DNA of 64,000 bases from a virus (IMGVR_UViG_3300031555_002663:9985-73984); one strand, 5' to 3'; numbered from the stretch's first letter, positions 1-8,468 are shown. Numbers and translations are program-made. The notes: generated by a model not told the origin, from the sequence alone.

Positions 1-122
1 TACCAAACTTTTGAACCTCTTACTTCCCCAGTCATCATCATAGTAATAACGAAGTGGCGTGTTATTCTGATGAAGACAGGTGTTAATTTGGATGGTACTC
101 ATTTTAGTTTCCTCATTGATAA

Positions 123-389
123 TTAGTCATTCGTAGAAATCTTTGCAGACTTAGACTTGAAATATCCACCGATCCAGCCAAGCGTTGCGGCACACAGAGG
201 AATCATATCCTTTGTGAAATGAGTGGTATTAAACAGAGAGTTCAGGCCCTCGGCAAGCACATCGCCAATTACCAGAGAGCACAGCCAGCCGCCAAAGTAA
301 GCGAACCAGAAAGAAATAAACGGCACGAAAATAACGGTGAGAAAAATCGTAGTAATCGCGCCAATAATCGTCAGAATGTCTTTTCCCAT
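123..389 (-). CDS. small hypothetical membrane protein
   Basis: 88-aa hydrophobic ORF, AGG-type SD upstream, TAA stop. Confidence 0.6.
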   Translation of the reverse strand: MGKDILTIIGAITTIFLTVIFVPFISFWFAYFGGWLCSLVIGDVLAEGLNSLFNTTHFTKDMIPLCAATLGWIGGYFKSKSAKISTND

Positions 390-460
390 ATTAGATTACC
401 TCCACTTGATTTTACCTTTTATTTATGTTATAATTATTATATATGAAAGGAGTGAAACGT

Positions 461-1042
461 ATGCTATCTATACTAGCGGGTATGATGATTGCCATCGGCG
501 GCATTATCAACTTGACTATTGGAGGAATTGCAGGAGCACTCTTCTTTTCCATGGGGTTATTAACAATTCTCACTTTGAAGTTTGAACTGTTTACCGGAAA
601 GGCAGGACTCCTCGCCACCAACGAGATCAAACCCGGCAAACTATTTGGAATTTGGATTGGAAACTTTATAGGTACAGCCGCATTAGCTTTCTTGCTCGTG
701 ATTACTCCAAGAGGCTTAGTATTAGCCGAAGAAGCTTCAAAAATCGTGGCAATTAGAGTTGCAAACGGTCCATTCGTCAATTTGATTTATGGCATCATAT
801 GCGGTATGCTCATGTTCCTGGCTGTTAAAACATTCGCCGTGTCGAACGGCAATCCGATTTACGCCATGTTACCTGTGGCAATCTTCATTCTATGTGGCTT
901 CAACCACTGCATTGCAGATATGTTCTACTTGAACATGGGAGCCATCAATCTTGGAGATTACCTCGTATTGATTCCAACCACTATTGGAAATTTAATTGGA
1001 TGTAATATTATTCCTTGGGCGATTGATCAATCTTCATCCTGA
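461..1042 (+). CDS. formate/nitrite transporter (FNT) family channel, short form
   Basis: Multi-TM protein with FNT motifs GxxIAIGG, ELFTG(K), GNFIG, GIICGMLM, FILCGFNHCIADM. ATG at 461 follows GGAG. Own TTGATT-17-TATAAT promoter at 406-434. Confidence 0.85.
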   Translation: MLSILAGMMIAIGGIINLTIGGIAGALFFSMGLLTILTLKFELFTGKAGLLATNEIKPGKLFGIWIGNFIGTAALAFLLVITPRGLVLAEEASKIVAIRVANGPFVNLIYGIICGMLMFLAVKTFAVSNGNPIYAMLPVAIFILCGFNHCIADMFYLNMGAINLGDYLVLIPTTIGNLIGCNIIPWAIDQSSS

Positions 1043-1338
1043 TCATCGGGACCTGAAGCAGGCTTCACATACCAAGAAATCCAGGATTCAATCTCTTCAC
1101 GATAGTGCATATCGACATCTTCTTCCTCGGGCTCAGTGCCATAGGACTCGCGCAGGTCTTCCTGGCAATCATACCAGCTCATAATACCGTGACAGCCCTC
1201 GTAAGACTGATACTCCTCTTCGGCGATACGATAAGCATCGTCCAGAGCTTCCTCTTCATTGTCGTACTCATAAGTGCCCTGATAGTTAGCTCCGCCGAAC
1301 GAGCCACCCATTCCGGCATAAATCTTAAACCACGCCAT
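1027..1338 (-). CDS. acidic hypothetical protein
   Basis: 103-aa ORF, GGAGG SD, tightly packed with neighbours. Confidence 0.7.
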   Translation of the reverse strand: MAWFKIYAGMGGSFGGANYQGTYEYDNEEEALDDAYRIAEEEYQSYEGCHGIMSWYDCQEDLRESYGTEPEEEDVDMHYREEIESWISWYVKPASGPDDQDED

Positions 1339-1588
1339 TCGGAACCCCCTCCATTGTTTTCAGAATTTCGTCAGAAGACATTGTAGGAGTAAGTACGGGT
1401 GAGAATACCATGCCGACATATTCGGCAAGACGATTGAAAGTCTCACGGGGGTCGTTTACGCCATAAAAGTCTTCTTTACCGTCCTTATATGTAATCATGA
1501 TAGTGCCGGGACGGTCTTTCGGCACGCCAAACTCACGAATCTGAGTCAAGTCGATATACCAACTTTCGTTAATCTTAAACCAAATCAT
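1325..1588 (-). CDS. hypothetical protein
   Basis: ATG at 1588 after GGAGG; overlaps both neighbours. Confidence 0.65.
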   Translation of the reverse strand: MIWFKINESWYIDLTQIREFGVPKDRPGTIMITYKDGKEDFYGVNDPRETFNRLAEYVGMVFSPVLTPTMSSDEILKTMEGVPNGVV

Positions 1589-1922
1589 CTTCTGGACCTC
1601 CAAAGTTAATGCAGTCTCGATACAATCGTTTAGTTAGGGAAGTGTCTTCATACATGAAGTTATTCCACAAAACCCAATCGTAATCATCAGTTACGTCGCC
1701 AGAGATGTCATAAATCTTATTACCGATTTGACAACCCCAGTGGTTTGCGACGGGGTCGTACATATAAAAGCAATCGTCAACATCGAGGAAGAAACGGTCA
1801 TATAGAATTGAAGCAAACCAGTAACAACAACCGTTAGAGAAACAGTCGATTACTTCTTGACGCTTTCCGTTATTGGTGAAGCGGCCGATAAACCGCATCA
1901 CAGTATCATGATTGTTCGGCAT
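1575..1922 (-). CDS. hypothetical protein, possible Cys-His-Asp triad
   Basis: FSNGCCYWFA...HWG...YDISG pattern. Confidence 0.65.
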   Translation of the reverse strand: MPNNHDTVMRFIGRFTNNGKRQEVIDCFSNGCCYWFASILYDRFFLDVDDCFYMYDPVANHWGCQIGNKIYDISGDVTDDYDWVLWNNFMYEDTSLTKRLYRDCINFGGPEDDLV

Positions 1923-2385
1923 ATATATGATTCATCTCCTTGCAGTAATGAAATTGTCTCATACATCCAAATTCGGGGTTGAAACAATAACAGCCTTTTT
2001 CACAAGTCTGTCGAATTCTTTCGGGGTTCATTACAGTTGTGACGGTAGTCATATGTCCCTGACGGAATTGTTTTTGTACCATCTTAGGAATTGGTGACGG
2101 ATCGTCTTCAAATGCACAGCTAACAGCATTCTTACAGAATGCGCAAGTGCCGAGTTGCTCCGCACACTCGTCACAAAGCAAATGCCATTTGTCTCCATCT
2201 GGAGTTAATACTGACGCACCGACGATAAGTCTGTGACAGGTTTCACAAATCTTTAATGAGGAAGCGTCTTGATGCTTTGAGCAGAAATCTTCTTCAGGGT
2301 CAACAACTGTTCGGAGAAGCGGGCATATGTTCTGCTCGGAGTCAAGCAAGCCGCAAGTCTTACAATATTTAATCACAGCGCTCAC
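1906..2385 (-). CDS. Cys-rich putative Zn-binding protein
   Basis: Several CxxC pairs in 159 aa; GAGG SD. Confidence 0.7.
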   Translation of the reverse strand: MSAVIKYCKTCGLLDSEQNICPLLRTVVDPEEDFCSKHQDASSLKICETCHRLIVGASVLTPDGDKWHLLCDECAEQLGTCAFCKNAVSCAFEDDPSPIPKMVQKQFRQGHMTTVTTVMNPERIRQTCEKGCYCFNPEFGCMRQFHYCKEMNHIYAEQS

Positions 2386-2689
2386 CTCTTATATTTTCAG
2401 TTAAAAAGTTGCCACGTTCGTCACAAGGAATAGAATGTGCACCTAATTCGGCAGTTGCATATTCCTCGATATTGATTCTCGGCATGAGAATGACGGGACT
2501 TTCTTCGTAAAGTTCAAGGGACTTGATGCAAATTAAGTCGGTACCATAATATTCCTCCAGAATATGTGCCGCGTCAGCAAAAGAATCGGCTAAACTCATT
2601 CCAGATTCAAAAACATAGTGATTTTCTTCAGTTTCTTGGTCGTAATCAACGAAGATGACGACAGAATACGAAAATGGATACTTTGCCAT
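2369..2689 (-). CDS. hypothetical protein
   Basis: 106-aa ORF, GGAGG SD. Confidence 0.7.
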   Translation of the reverse strand: MAKYPFSYSVVIFVDYDQETEENHYVFESGMSLADSFADAAHILEEYYGTDLICIKSLELYEESPVILMPRINIEEYATAELGAHSIPCDERGNFLTENIRGERCD

Positions 2690-2701
2690 TATATTACCTC
2701 C

Positions 2702-2995
2702 TTAAAATCCGTAACCCATTGCTTTCGGCAGACTCATTAAGACTTCCAAACTCTGGCTTGCCTTCTGCTCTCGAGCGACGTGTTCGGCAAATTCTTCACA
2801 AGACATTGAGAAATGCTTTTCATACTCGGCAATTAACTGCTTTAGCTTCTGGTTTTCAGCCTTGAGTTCCTGATTCTCTTTATCCAGAGTTAAGATCCGC
2901 GAACCTAATTCGGCAACCTCTTGGCGATGTTGTTTCTTTAAGCGGGCTTTCTCTTCCATAAATGCCTTGTCTTTAGCGGATAAGGTTCTTGCCAT
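2702..2995 (-). CDS. coiled-coil hypothetical protein
   Basis: Heptad-like K/E/L-rich ORF; AAGGA SD. Confidence 0.65.
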   Translation of the reverse strand: MARTLSAKDKAFMEEKARLKKQHRQEVAELGSRILTLDKENQELKAENQKLKQLIAEYEKHFSMSCEEFAEHVAREQKASQSLEVLMSLPKAMGYGF

Positions 2996-3079
2996 CGTTA
3001 TCACATTCCTTTCTTATCTTATGTATATATTATATCATATTTTTTATAAAAAATCAATTGAGTTACTGTTAAATGCAAC

Positions 3080-3233
3080 TGTTAAAATTTTAGACACCTT
3101 TATAAATGTTAAAAAATTGTGTTAAAATTTTAGACAGCTATATGTTTGTTAAAAAATTAGACATCTATATAAGTGTTAAAAAAATGTGTTAAAATTTTAG
3201 ACACCTATATTTTTGTTAAAAATTTAGACTTCT
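3080..3233 (+). repeat. five 20-bp iteron-like direct repeats TGTTAAAAWWTTAGACWNCT
   Basis: Copies at 3080, 3120, 3147, 3187, 3214 (40/27/40/27 spacing, 67-bp period) in AT-rich DNA; extra TGTTAAA cores at 3067, 3107, 3174. Confidence 0.9.
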
Positions 3234-3302
3234 ATATTGTGGGTAAGAATTGTTAAGAGATTAACAAGAATTCTTATAAATATGTAGAGGGGAGGTGCAA
3301 AT

Positions 3303-3917
3303 GTGTTAAAGATCCAACCAAATTCAAGACAGATTCCCAAGGCTAGAAATATTTGTTCGAATAAAAAGTATTATGATATTTTGTATGCTTATTTGCAGTG
3401 CATTTCGGAAAGAGATAATGAAAGTAATAAGAGATACTTTTATAAGAAGGATATTAACTTTAGTAAGTTGGGAGAAATCTTTAATTTATCAAGACAAACA
3501 GTATCTACAAAGTTCAAGAATTTAAAAGAACTTGGACTTATTGAAGAGGTTAATAAGGACACTTATCAATTGATTGAGTTAAGTGCCGATATTGCCTCGC
3601 TGGTGCCTTATAATACTTTAAAGTTGATTACGGATACCTTAAATGATAACTCTATTTCTACTTATATTTATTTATTAAATTGCTATTATGGTAATGATTG
3701 TCGCCCATTCCAGTTCACATTGGATCAGATTAAAGGTTATATTGGTATTAGCACAAGCACAAGAAGTAACAATGATATTGTTACAAATATTCTGTATGTT
3801 TTGGAAAAGATCGGGCTCATTAAGTATTCATTGAGTACTGTGAAGCAAGAGTCCGATAGTTTTCAAAATGTGAAAACAATTTATCAATTAGATTGGTTAA
3901 CTAATACGTTGAATTAA
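3303..3917 (+). CDS. tandem winged-helix DNA-binding protein, Rep/initiator-like
   Basis: HTH FSKLGEIFNLSRQTVSTKFKNLKELGLI plus a second wHTH-like block FTLDQIKGYIG...ILYVLEKIGLIKY; lies directly downstream of the repeats. Confidence 0.65.
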   Translation: MLKIQPNSRQIPKARNICSNKKYYDILYAYLQCISERDNESNKRYFYKKDINFSKLGEIFNLSRQTVSTKFKNLKELGLIEEVNKDTYQLIELSADIASLVPYNTLKLITDTLNDNSISTYIYLLNCYYGNDCRPFQFTLDQIKGYIGISTSTRSNNDIVTNILYVLEKIGLIKYSLSTVKQESDSFQNVKTIYQLDWLTNTLN

Positions 3918-4017
3918 GTTGTTAAATTTATTGCACAGCGTAAGTAGATGAAGTGTTAAAAAAATGTACATACTTTGTTAAAAAAATAGTATCCTTATAA
4001 ATAGAAATAGGGGGTTC

Positions 4018-4066
4018 AAGATATAATATCTCTTCGGAGCTTCGCTCCTCCGAGATATTATATCTT
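4018..4066. repeat. inverted repeat with 15-bp perfect arms
   Basis: AAGATATAATATCTC...GAGATATTATATCTT around an inner GGAGC-TTC-GCTCC hairpin. Confidence 0.85.
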
Positions 4067-4108
4067 TCACTACGAATCGTTGCGCGCCGGAGTAAAAGGA
4101 GTATAGAA

Positions 4109-4315
4109 ATGAATTTTGAAGTAGAAAAAAAGAATCCCATGGTGGGAAAGACTGTAAAGTTTGCATTAGGTACAAGAGAAAGCTTAAAGAATTGTGATAA
4201 GATATTGAAAAGAGTTGAAATATATATTGATGGAGAAAGTGGAATATTGTATGTTGTACCTGAAGAAGAGGAGAATATCTTTTTACCAAATTTTGAAATT
4301 AAAATTAGAGAGTAA
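4109..4315 (+). CDS. hypothetical protein
   Basis: 68-aa ORF with AGGAG SD. Confidence 0.6.
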   Translation: MNFEVEKKNPMVGKTVKFALGTRESLKNCDKILKRVEIYIDGESGILYVVPEEEENIFLPNFEIKIRE

Positions 4316-4432
4316 ATGAAATTTCATTTGAAAAATCAAAATAAATATGTTATAATATAAATAAAGAAAATGAAAAATGAAATGAAAATCTCATTTCAAA
4401 AAACGAAACGAAAATCAGAAAGGAAAAATGAA

Positions 4433-4822
4433 ATGAAAAATATTGGTAAGTATAATGGTATTCCCTGCTATGAATGCTCTCATAGTGAGTATGTAAATGC
4501 CTATGACAATAAGCTGGATAACGGCAAACAGATTTTTATCATTGACGGCACTATGGTGCAGAAGAACACGATTATTGGCTACTACAATGGTCAGCACGTC
4601 AATGATGTTTATGACAGCAAGAAGTATTATGTCAAGATGCCTGAGCAGAAGAAGACTGCAACTGTTACGGCAGAAAACAGCAAGTGGGATGAGAAGTTTG
4701 TCGAAGAGGTAAAGACTTCTTCTTCTACTGGAGCTACTTATGAAGAAGTAGTTGCAAAAGAGATTCGTTTCTCTGATTATAGTAAGATTGTTGATGAATT
4801 CTTTGCACTTCTGGAAGTGTAA
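4433..4822 (+). CDS. hypothetical protein
   Basis: ATG at 4433 after GAAAGGA; TTGAAA-17-TATAAT promoter upstream. Confidence 0.7.
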   Translation: MKNIGKYNGIPCYECSHSEYVNAYDNKLDNGKQIFIIDGTMVQKNTIIGYYNGQHVNDVYDSKKYYVKMPEQKKTATVTAENSKWDEKFVEEVKTSSSTGATYEEVVAKEIRFSDYSKIVDEFFALLEV

Positions 4823-4925
4823 TTATAGAAATTGTTGAAAATAGTCTAAAGATGGTGAGGTGAGGTGGCCCGATCGGTGCTGGACACCCAGCACTTTTCA
4901 TCGTCACCGTTATCGTCATAAAAAT

Positions 4926-4960
4926 AACCCCTGAGATGAAAATCTCAGGGGTTTTTCTTT
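4926..4960. terminator. bidirectional intrinsic terminator
   Basis: AACCCCTGAGAT-GAAA-ATCTCAGGGGTT with A and T tracts, between convergent genes. Confidence 0.85.
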
Positions 4961-5395
4961 TTACAGTCCCATTTCCTTAAGGAAATTACCAATTACCGCA
5001 TCGGGATCATTAGGCTTAACGATCTTCTTAACGGGAGCCTTGACAACGGGCTTTGCGCCAAACATTGCCTCGAGACCCTTAACAGCCTCGATATACTCCT
5101 TCAAAGAATCAACAAGCTCGATTACCTGATCGGCCTTCAGCTCAGCCTTGATTTTCTCGGCGTTCATGCCGTAGTAAGTGCCGAACCAGTCACAGAACAT
5201 ATCAAGGATGTCCTGCAACTCTTCCTTCTTCTGGACCTCAGCCTTTTCAACAGCGGCCTTTTCGGCAGCCTGCTTAGCCAAAGTGTCCTGGTGCATCTTG
5301 TTCACCTTATTTAGCGCTGCGGCCATCTCATTAGCAATAGTCTGTGCGTCCTCGCCGTTCTGCAGTCTAGCAAGGATAGTAGCTTCATCAAACAT
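4961..5395 (-). CDS. helical hypothetical protein
   Basis: 144 aa, GGAGG SD, consensus promoter at 5428-5456. Confidence 0.8.
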   Translation of the reverse strand: MFDEATILARLQNGEDAQTIANEMAAALNKVNKMHQDTLAKQAAEKAAVEKAEVQKKEELQDILDMFCDWFGTYYGMNAEKIKAELKADQVIELVDSLKEYIEAVKGLEAMFGAKPVVKAPVKKIVKPNDPDAVIGNFLKEMGL

Positions 5396-5583
5396 ATATA
5401 TGTCCTCCTTTATCACTTTATATATATATTATACCATATTTTTTTCAAAATGTCAAGTTTTTCTTTTGACGCGAACATAGAGAGGGGAGAGATATTTTTT
5501 GCTCTTCTGGATTAGCTCTGGAGGAGCTCAAATATGCCGTTTGAGCAAAGGAGAGATCAGTTTTTGTGTGAATTAAATTAATA

Positions 5584-5782
5584 CCGATCGGCGCCCATCT
5601 CTTTTTTTATATAATAACATATTTTTTATTTTATGTCAAATCCGAGCGCATATGGCGAACCGATCGGCCCCCGCCCAGTGGAGGAGCTAAGATGAGGACC
5701 GATCGGCCTTTCGGGAAAAACTGGGCGCATATGTCGGAGGCGCTAGAAGTCTCGAAATTTTTGCATATGGATACCCGATCGG
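5584..5782. repeat. cluster of CCGATCGG palindromes and GCATATG motifs in non-coding DNA
   Basis: CCGATCGG at 5584, 5660, 5699, 5775 (also 4870); GCATATG at 5648, 5727, 5763. Confidence 0.85.
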
Positions 5783-5787
5783 AAAAT

Positions 5788-5814
5788 CGGGCCCTGCCTG
5801 CCGTCGAGGGCCCG
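5788..5814. repeat. GC hairpin family copy H1 (27 bp)
   Basis: CGGGCCC-13nt-GGGCCCG followed by CC and a minus-strand promoter. Confidence 0.75.
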
Positions 5815-5888
5815 CCGTATCCCTGTCTTAATTATACCACAAGTCGGACCATTTGTCAATAGGTATTTTCAACAAAAAAATCGCTCAA

Positions 5889-6074
5889 TTAAGAGCGATT
5901 TTCGGCAATCATTTTGTTCACTTCGTCAAGGGTCAAGTGCTGGTTACAACCCCAGCAAGCCATGTCCCCGCCCTCGCAGATGTCACAATCGGCACCAATG
6001 CAGGGCTTTGGAGTATTTACCGCATAATGCGGATTGCGGACACAGTCCGCGCAAACGCAACCTTTACATCCCAT
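5889..6074 (-). CDS. small Cys-rich protein
   Basis: 61 aa with CxxCxCxxC and CxxC; GGAGG SD. Confidence 0.7.
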   Translation of the reverse strand: MGCKGCVCADCVRNPHYAVNTPKPCIGADCDICEGGDMACWGCNQHLTLDEVNKMIAENRS

Positions 6075-6270
6075 AGACCTTTGCCTCCAATCTCGGCTTC
6101 CATTCTTCCCACAGGGTAATGAGTTCGGCTTCTTTGTCCCAATCATTAACCTCTGCCATTGCAAATTCTAATGCTCCGAACGCCTGAGCAAGGAAGTTCT
6201 GACCGCCTTCGGGATACTGCTCGATGCTCTGCTCTTTGCGTTCCCAGTATTTAATCAGTTTCTCTTTCAT
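6064..6270 (-). CDS. hypothetical protein
   Basis: 68 aa after promoter and AAGGTGATACCATG start. Confidence 0.75.
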   Translation of the reverse strand: MKEKLIKYWERKEQSIEQYPEGGQNFLAQAFGALEFAMAEVNDWDKEAELITLWEEWKPRLEAKVYGM

Positions 6271-6343
6271 GGTATCACCTTTCCTTTCTGATACTATTAT
6301 ACCGCAAAAGGGGCGATTTGTCAACCCCTTTTGCGAAAGTTTT

Positions 6344-6949
6344 TTAGAAAGGTAACTCGTGAGTTTCTGCAGCGTACTCGCAAGCAATGTTCATGTATTC
6401 CTCGGTAATAGAAGGAATGTCAAGGAAAGAACGGCTTGCCATGTAGTCTGCCATGTGTACACAGCGGTCAATGTTGGTGGAAGGTCGGTCTTCCTTGTTA
6501 GTAGACCACTGACCCATGTGAGCCTTCATTGCATCAAGCAGGTATTCGCTCGGTGCATAGTCGGTGTAATGGGTGCAGTACATCATGAAAGCATAGGCGG
6601 CATTTGCGGCGTGGTCTTTGTACTGGGTCTTGTCGTACTCGCCTAAACCATACTTTTGAGTGTCGTGCATGATGCAAGCGGCAATCACATAGTCCTTGTG
6701 TTCGGGCTTCATGTATGCGTAACTGCTCATTCGCAGAAGTTCCTCGGCGAACATGACCACGGCTTTAGTGTGGCGAACCAGACCGCCCATGCCCTGAGAA
6801 AATGCAGGGTGATATTTGCCACTACTGGAAGCACCGTCCGTCCAGAAGTAGTCGGGTACAGCTTCTTCCATGTAGCCTTTGACAGCCATGCGAAGGTCTT
6901 CATTTACGATGAGGTCGATTTCTCTTTCAAACAGCTTGATAGTTTTCAT
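6344..6949 (-). CDS. HD-domain phosphohydrolase
   Basis: ASSSGKYH...GGLVRHT...HDTQK...HMG...HMADY motifs. Confidence 0.85.
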   Translation of the reverse strand: MKTIKLFEREIDLIVNEDLRMAVKGYMEEAVPDYFWTDGASSSGKYHPAFSQGMGGLVRHTKAVVMFAEELLRMSSYAYMKPEHKDYVIAACIMHDTQKYGLGEYDKTQYKDHAANAAYAFMMYCTHYTDYAPSEYLLDAMKAHMGQWSTNKEDRPSTNIDRCVHMADYMASRSFLDIPSITEEYMNIACEYAAETHELPF

Positions 6950-7088
6950 TTTGCGGTGTCCTTTCTTTTAGAGCTCCTGCTCTCTTGATTACATACTTAT
7001 TATACCACCGTTTCGGGATTTTGTCAACACCTTTTGGAAAAATATTTTTCGGAAATTTTTTTTCTAAAACCCTTGACAAATCGAAATT

Positions 7089-7114
7089 CCGCCCGGACGC
7101 CTGTGTGCGGGCGG
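7089..7114. repeat. GC hairpin family copy H2 (26 bp)
   Basis: CCGCCCG-12nt-CGGGCGG; preceded by TTGACA without a clear -10. Confidence 0.75.
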
Positions 7115-7189
7115 CTCAAGCCAATAGGCAAAATGCACAAAAAAAGAGCCGACCCTAAAAAGGGTGGCTCTTGTGAGAGGGAGAGGGGC

Positions 7190-7561
7190 TTACTCCGCAA
7201 GGGAGAAGTAAGCCTTTCTCTTGTCCTCAGTGCGGACAACGATGCCATCGTCCTTCATCTGGCGAAGCAGAGCGGACACTCTCTGGTTGCTGAGTTCAGC
7301 ACACTCAGGGATTTCCTTCTGGATTTCGGTCACAGTGTAAAGGCGGTTGGGTTCCATACCCTCAGCGATAGCGGTCTTAATGCCCTCGTTGGCAGTCTGC
7401 TGAGCGGTAGGCTTTTTCTCAGCGGAGTTCTTGCGGTTGAGCAACTCAACCTCGTGGTCGATGAAGGCGATAACCTCATCGTAGTTGTCTGCGGTTGCAG
7501 GGTAAGCCGCACGGATAATTGCGAAGTAGTCCTTCTTAGTCATCTTCTTAGTATTAGCCAT
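7190..7561 (-). CDS. winged-helix DNA-binding protein, paralog A1
   Basis: C-terminal YTVTEIQ...ELSNQRVSALLRQMKDDGIVVRTEDKRKAYF; true start at 7561 after promoter and conserved TIR. Confidence 0.8.
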   Translation of the reverse strand: MANTKKMTKKDYFAIIRAAYPATADNYDEVIAFIDHEVELLNRKNSAEKKPTAQQTANEGIKTAIAEGMEPNRLYTVTEIQKEIPECAELSNQRVSALLRQMKDDGIVVRTEDKRKAYFSLAE

Positions 7562-7654
7562 AGTATCAAATCCTTTCTGGTTTTCTAAGGGTTTTCCTTC
7601 CCTTACTGTACTTACATTATACCATACTTCTAAGGGTTTGTCAAGGGGTTTCGC

Positions 7655-7880
7655 AAACTTTTTTTCTCGACTTACTGCGTCCATTAGACGTTTCACTTCA
7701 TCATGTCTATCACTCTTGCCGTTGGCGAAGTGCCACATTGTGGTGTTTCCCATTGGCTCAGATAGTCCGCCCGATAGTTACTGCGTGTAGTCGCCTTACT
7801 GCGGAATAAGTGGCTTACTTCCTCTACTAACCGAAGTGTGCACCCCTCGGCTTTCTTGGGCTACCGCCCCTTGACTATCT
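7655..7880 (-). ncRNA. candidate structured non-coding RNA 1
   Basis: Own promoter (TTGACA-17-TACAAT), no SD-led ORF, 8-bp closing helix AGAUAGUC/GACUAUCU, several internal hairpins, three CGCAGUAA motifs. Confidence 0.5.
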
Positions 7881-7929
7881 TTATTGTACCACAAACCTTT
7901 CGGTTTGTCAATACCTTTTTCAAAACTTT

Positions 7930-8108
7930 TTGAAAAAGTTTTGGCTTGTGTATCCTGCGTATCCACGACATTTTTTCAGCCTGCGTGGTCTGGTTCACAT
8001 TTGTATACCGCAAACAGGAACACCTTGCGGTCGGGTCTTGGGGAATCGGTCTTACTGACTCACACGGGTCACACCTTTTTGGCTTTGCCATTCCCTCGCC
8101 TTTTGTAT
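7930..8108 (-). ncRNA. candidate structured non-coding RNA 2
   Basis: Own consensus promoter; helices GGGAAU/AUUCCC, ACCGCAA/UUGCGGU, CCACG/CGUGG; the only ORF runs through the next promoter. Confidence 0.4.
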
Positions 8109-8290
8109 CTTTATTATACCACATCGGGAGCGGATTGTCAAGACCTTTTTCAAACTTTTTTCAAGTTTTTTCATCTTGCCTTTTGGCGGCTAGCCCCTCT
8201 CCCTTGGGACAATTATAGTATACTACATTGAATGCAGTTTGTCAATAGTTTTGGGAAAAATAATTTCTTTTTTTATTTTCGCAAAACCCC

Positions 8291-8354
8291 TTGACAAAAT
8301 GGCTGGCGGCATGGTATAATAAAAATTCGGCCCAGCGCGCTCGTCGCCGGGCCG
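8291..8354 (+). promoter_or_regulatory. + strand promoter with GC hairpin H3
   Basis: TTGACA(8291)-18-TATAAT then CGGCCC-15nt-GGGCCG (8328-8354), faced by a minus-strand promoter. Confidence 0.8.
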
Positions 8355-8468
8355 CCAATTATACCACATCAGCTTGCATTTGTCAATAGTTTTTTGAAAA
8401 AAAATAAATTTTGTGCAAAAAAGAGAAAAAATCTCCGATTTCTCGGAGATTTTTGTAAGATTTGCCGA

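Noticed and set aside
3080-3233. Repeat array as a CRISPR array
   Set aside because: Spacers are only 7-20 bp and themselves repetitive; no cas genes
4845-4920. Possible small RNA with GTGCTGG-ACAC-CCAGCAC hairpin
   Set aside because: Only one convincing helix and no clear promoter; may be 3' UTR structure
7690-7705. Hammerhead-like AUGAUGA...GAAAC on the minus strand
   Set aside because: Lacks the conserved C3 and has no room for stem II
7562-7753. N-terminal extensions on tracked minus-strand ORFs (also 6387, 12539, 15175, 15404, 16448)
   Set aside because: They translate the promoter itself (PLDK...VWYN); true starts follow the conserved TIR
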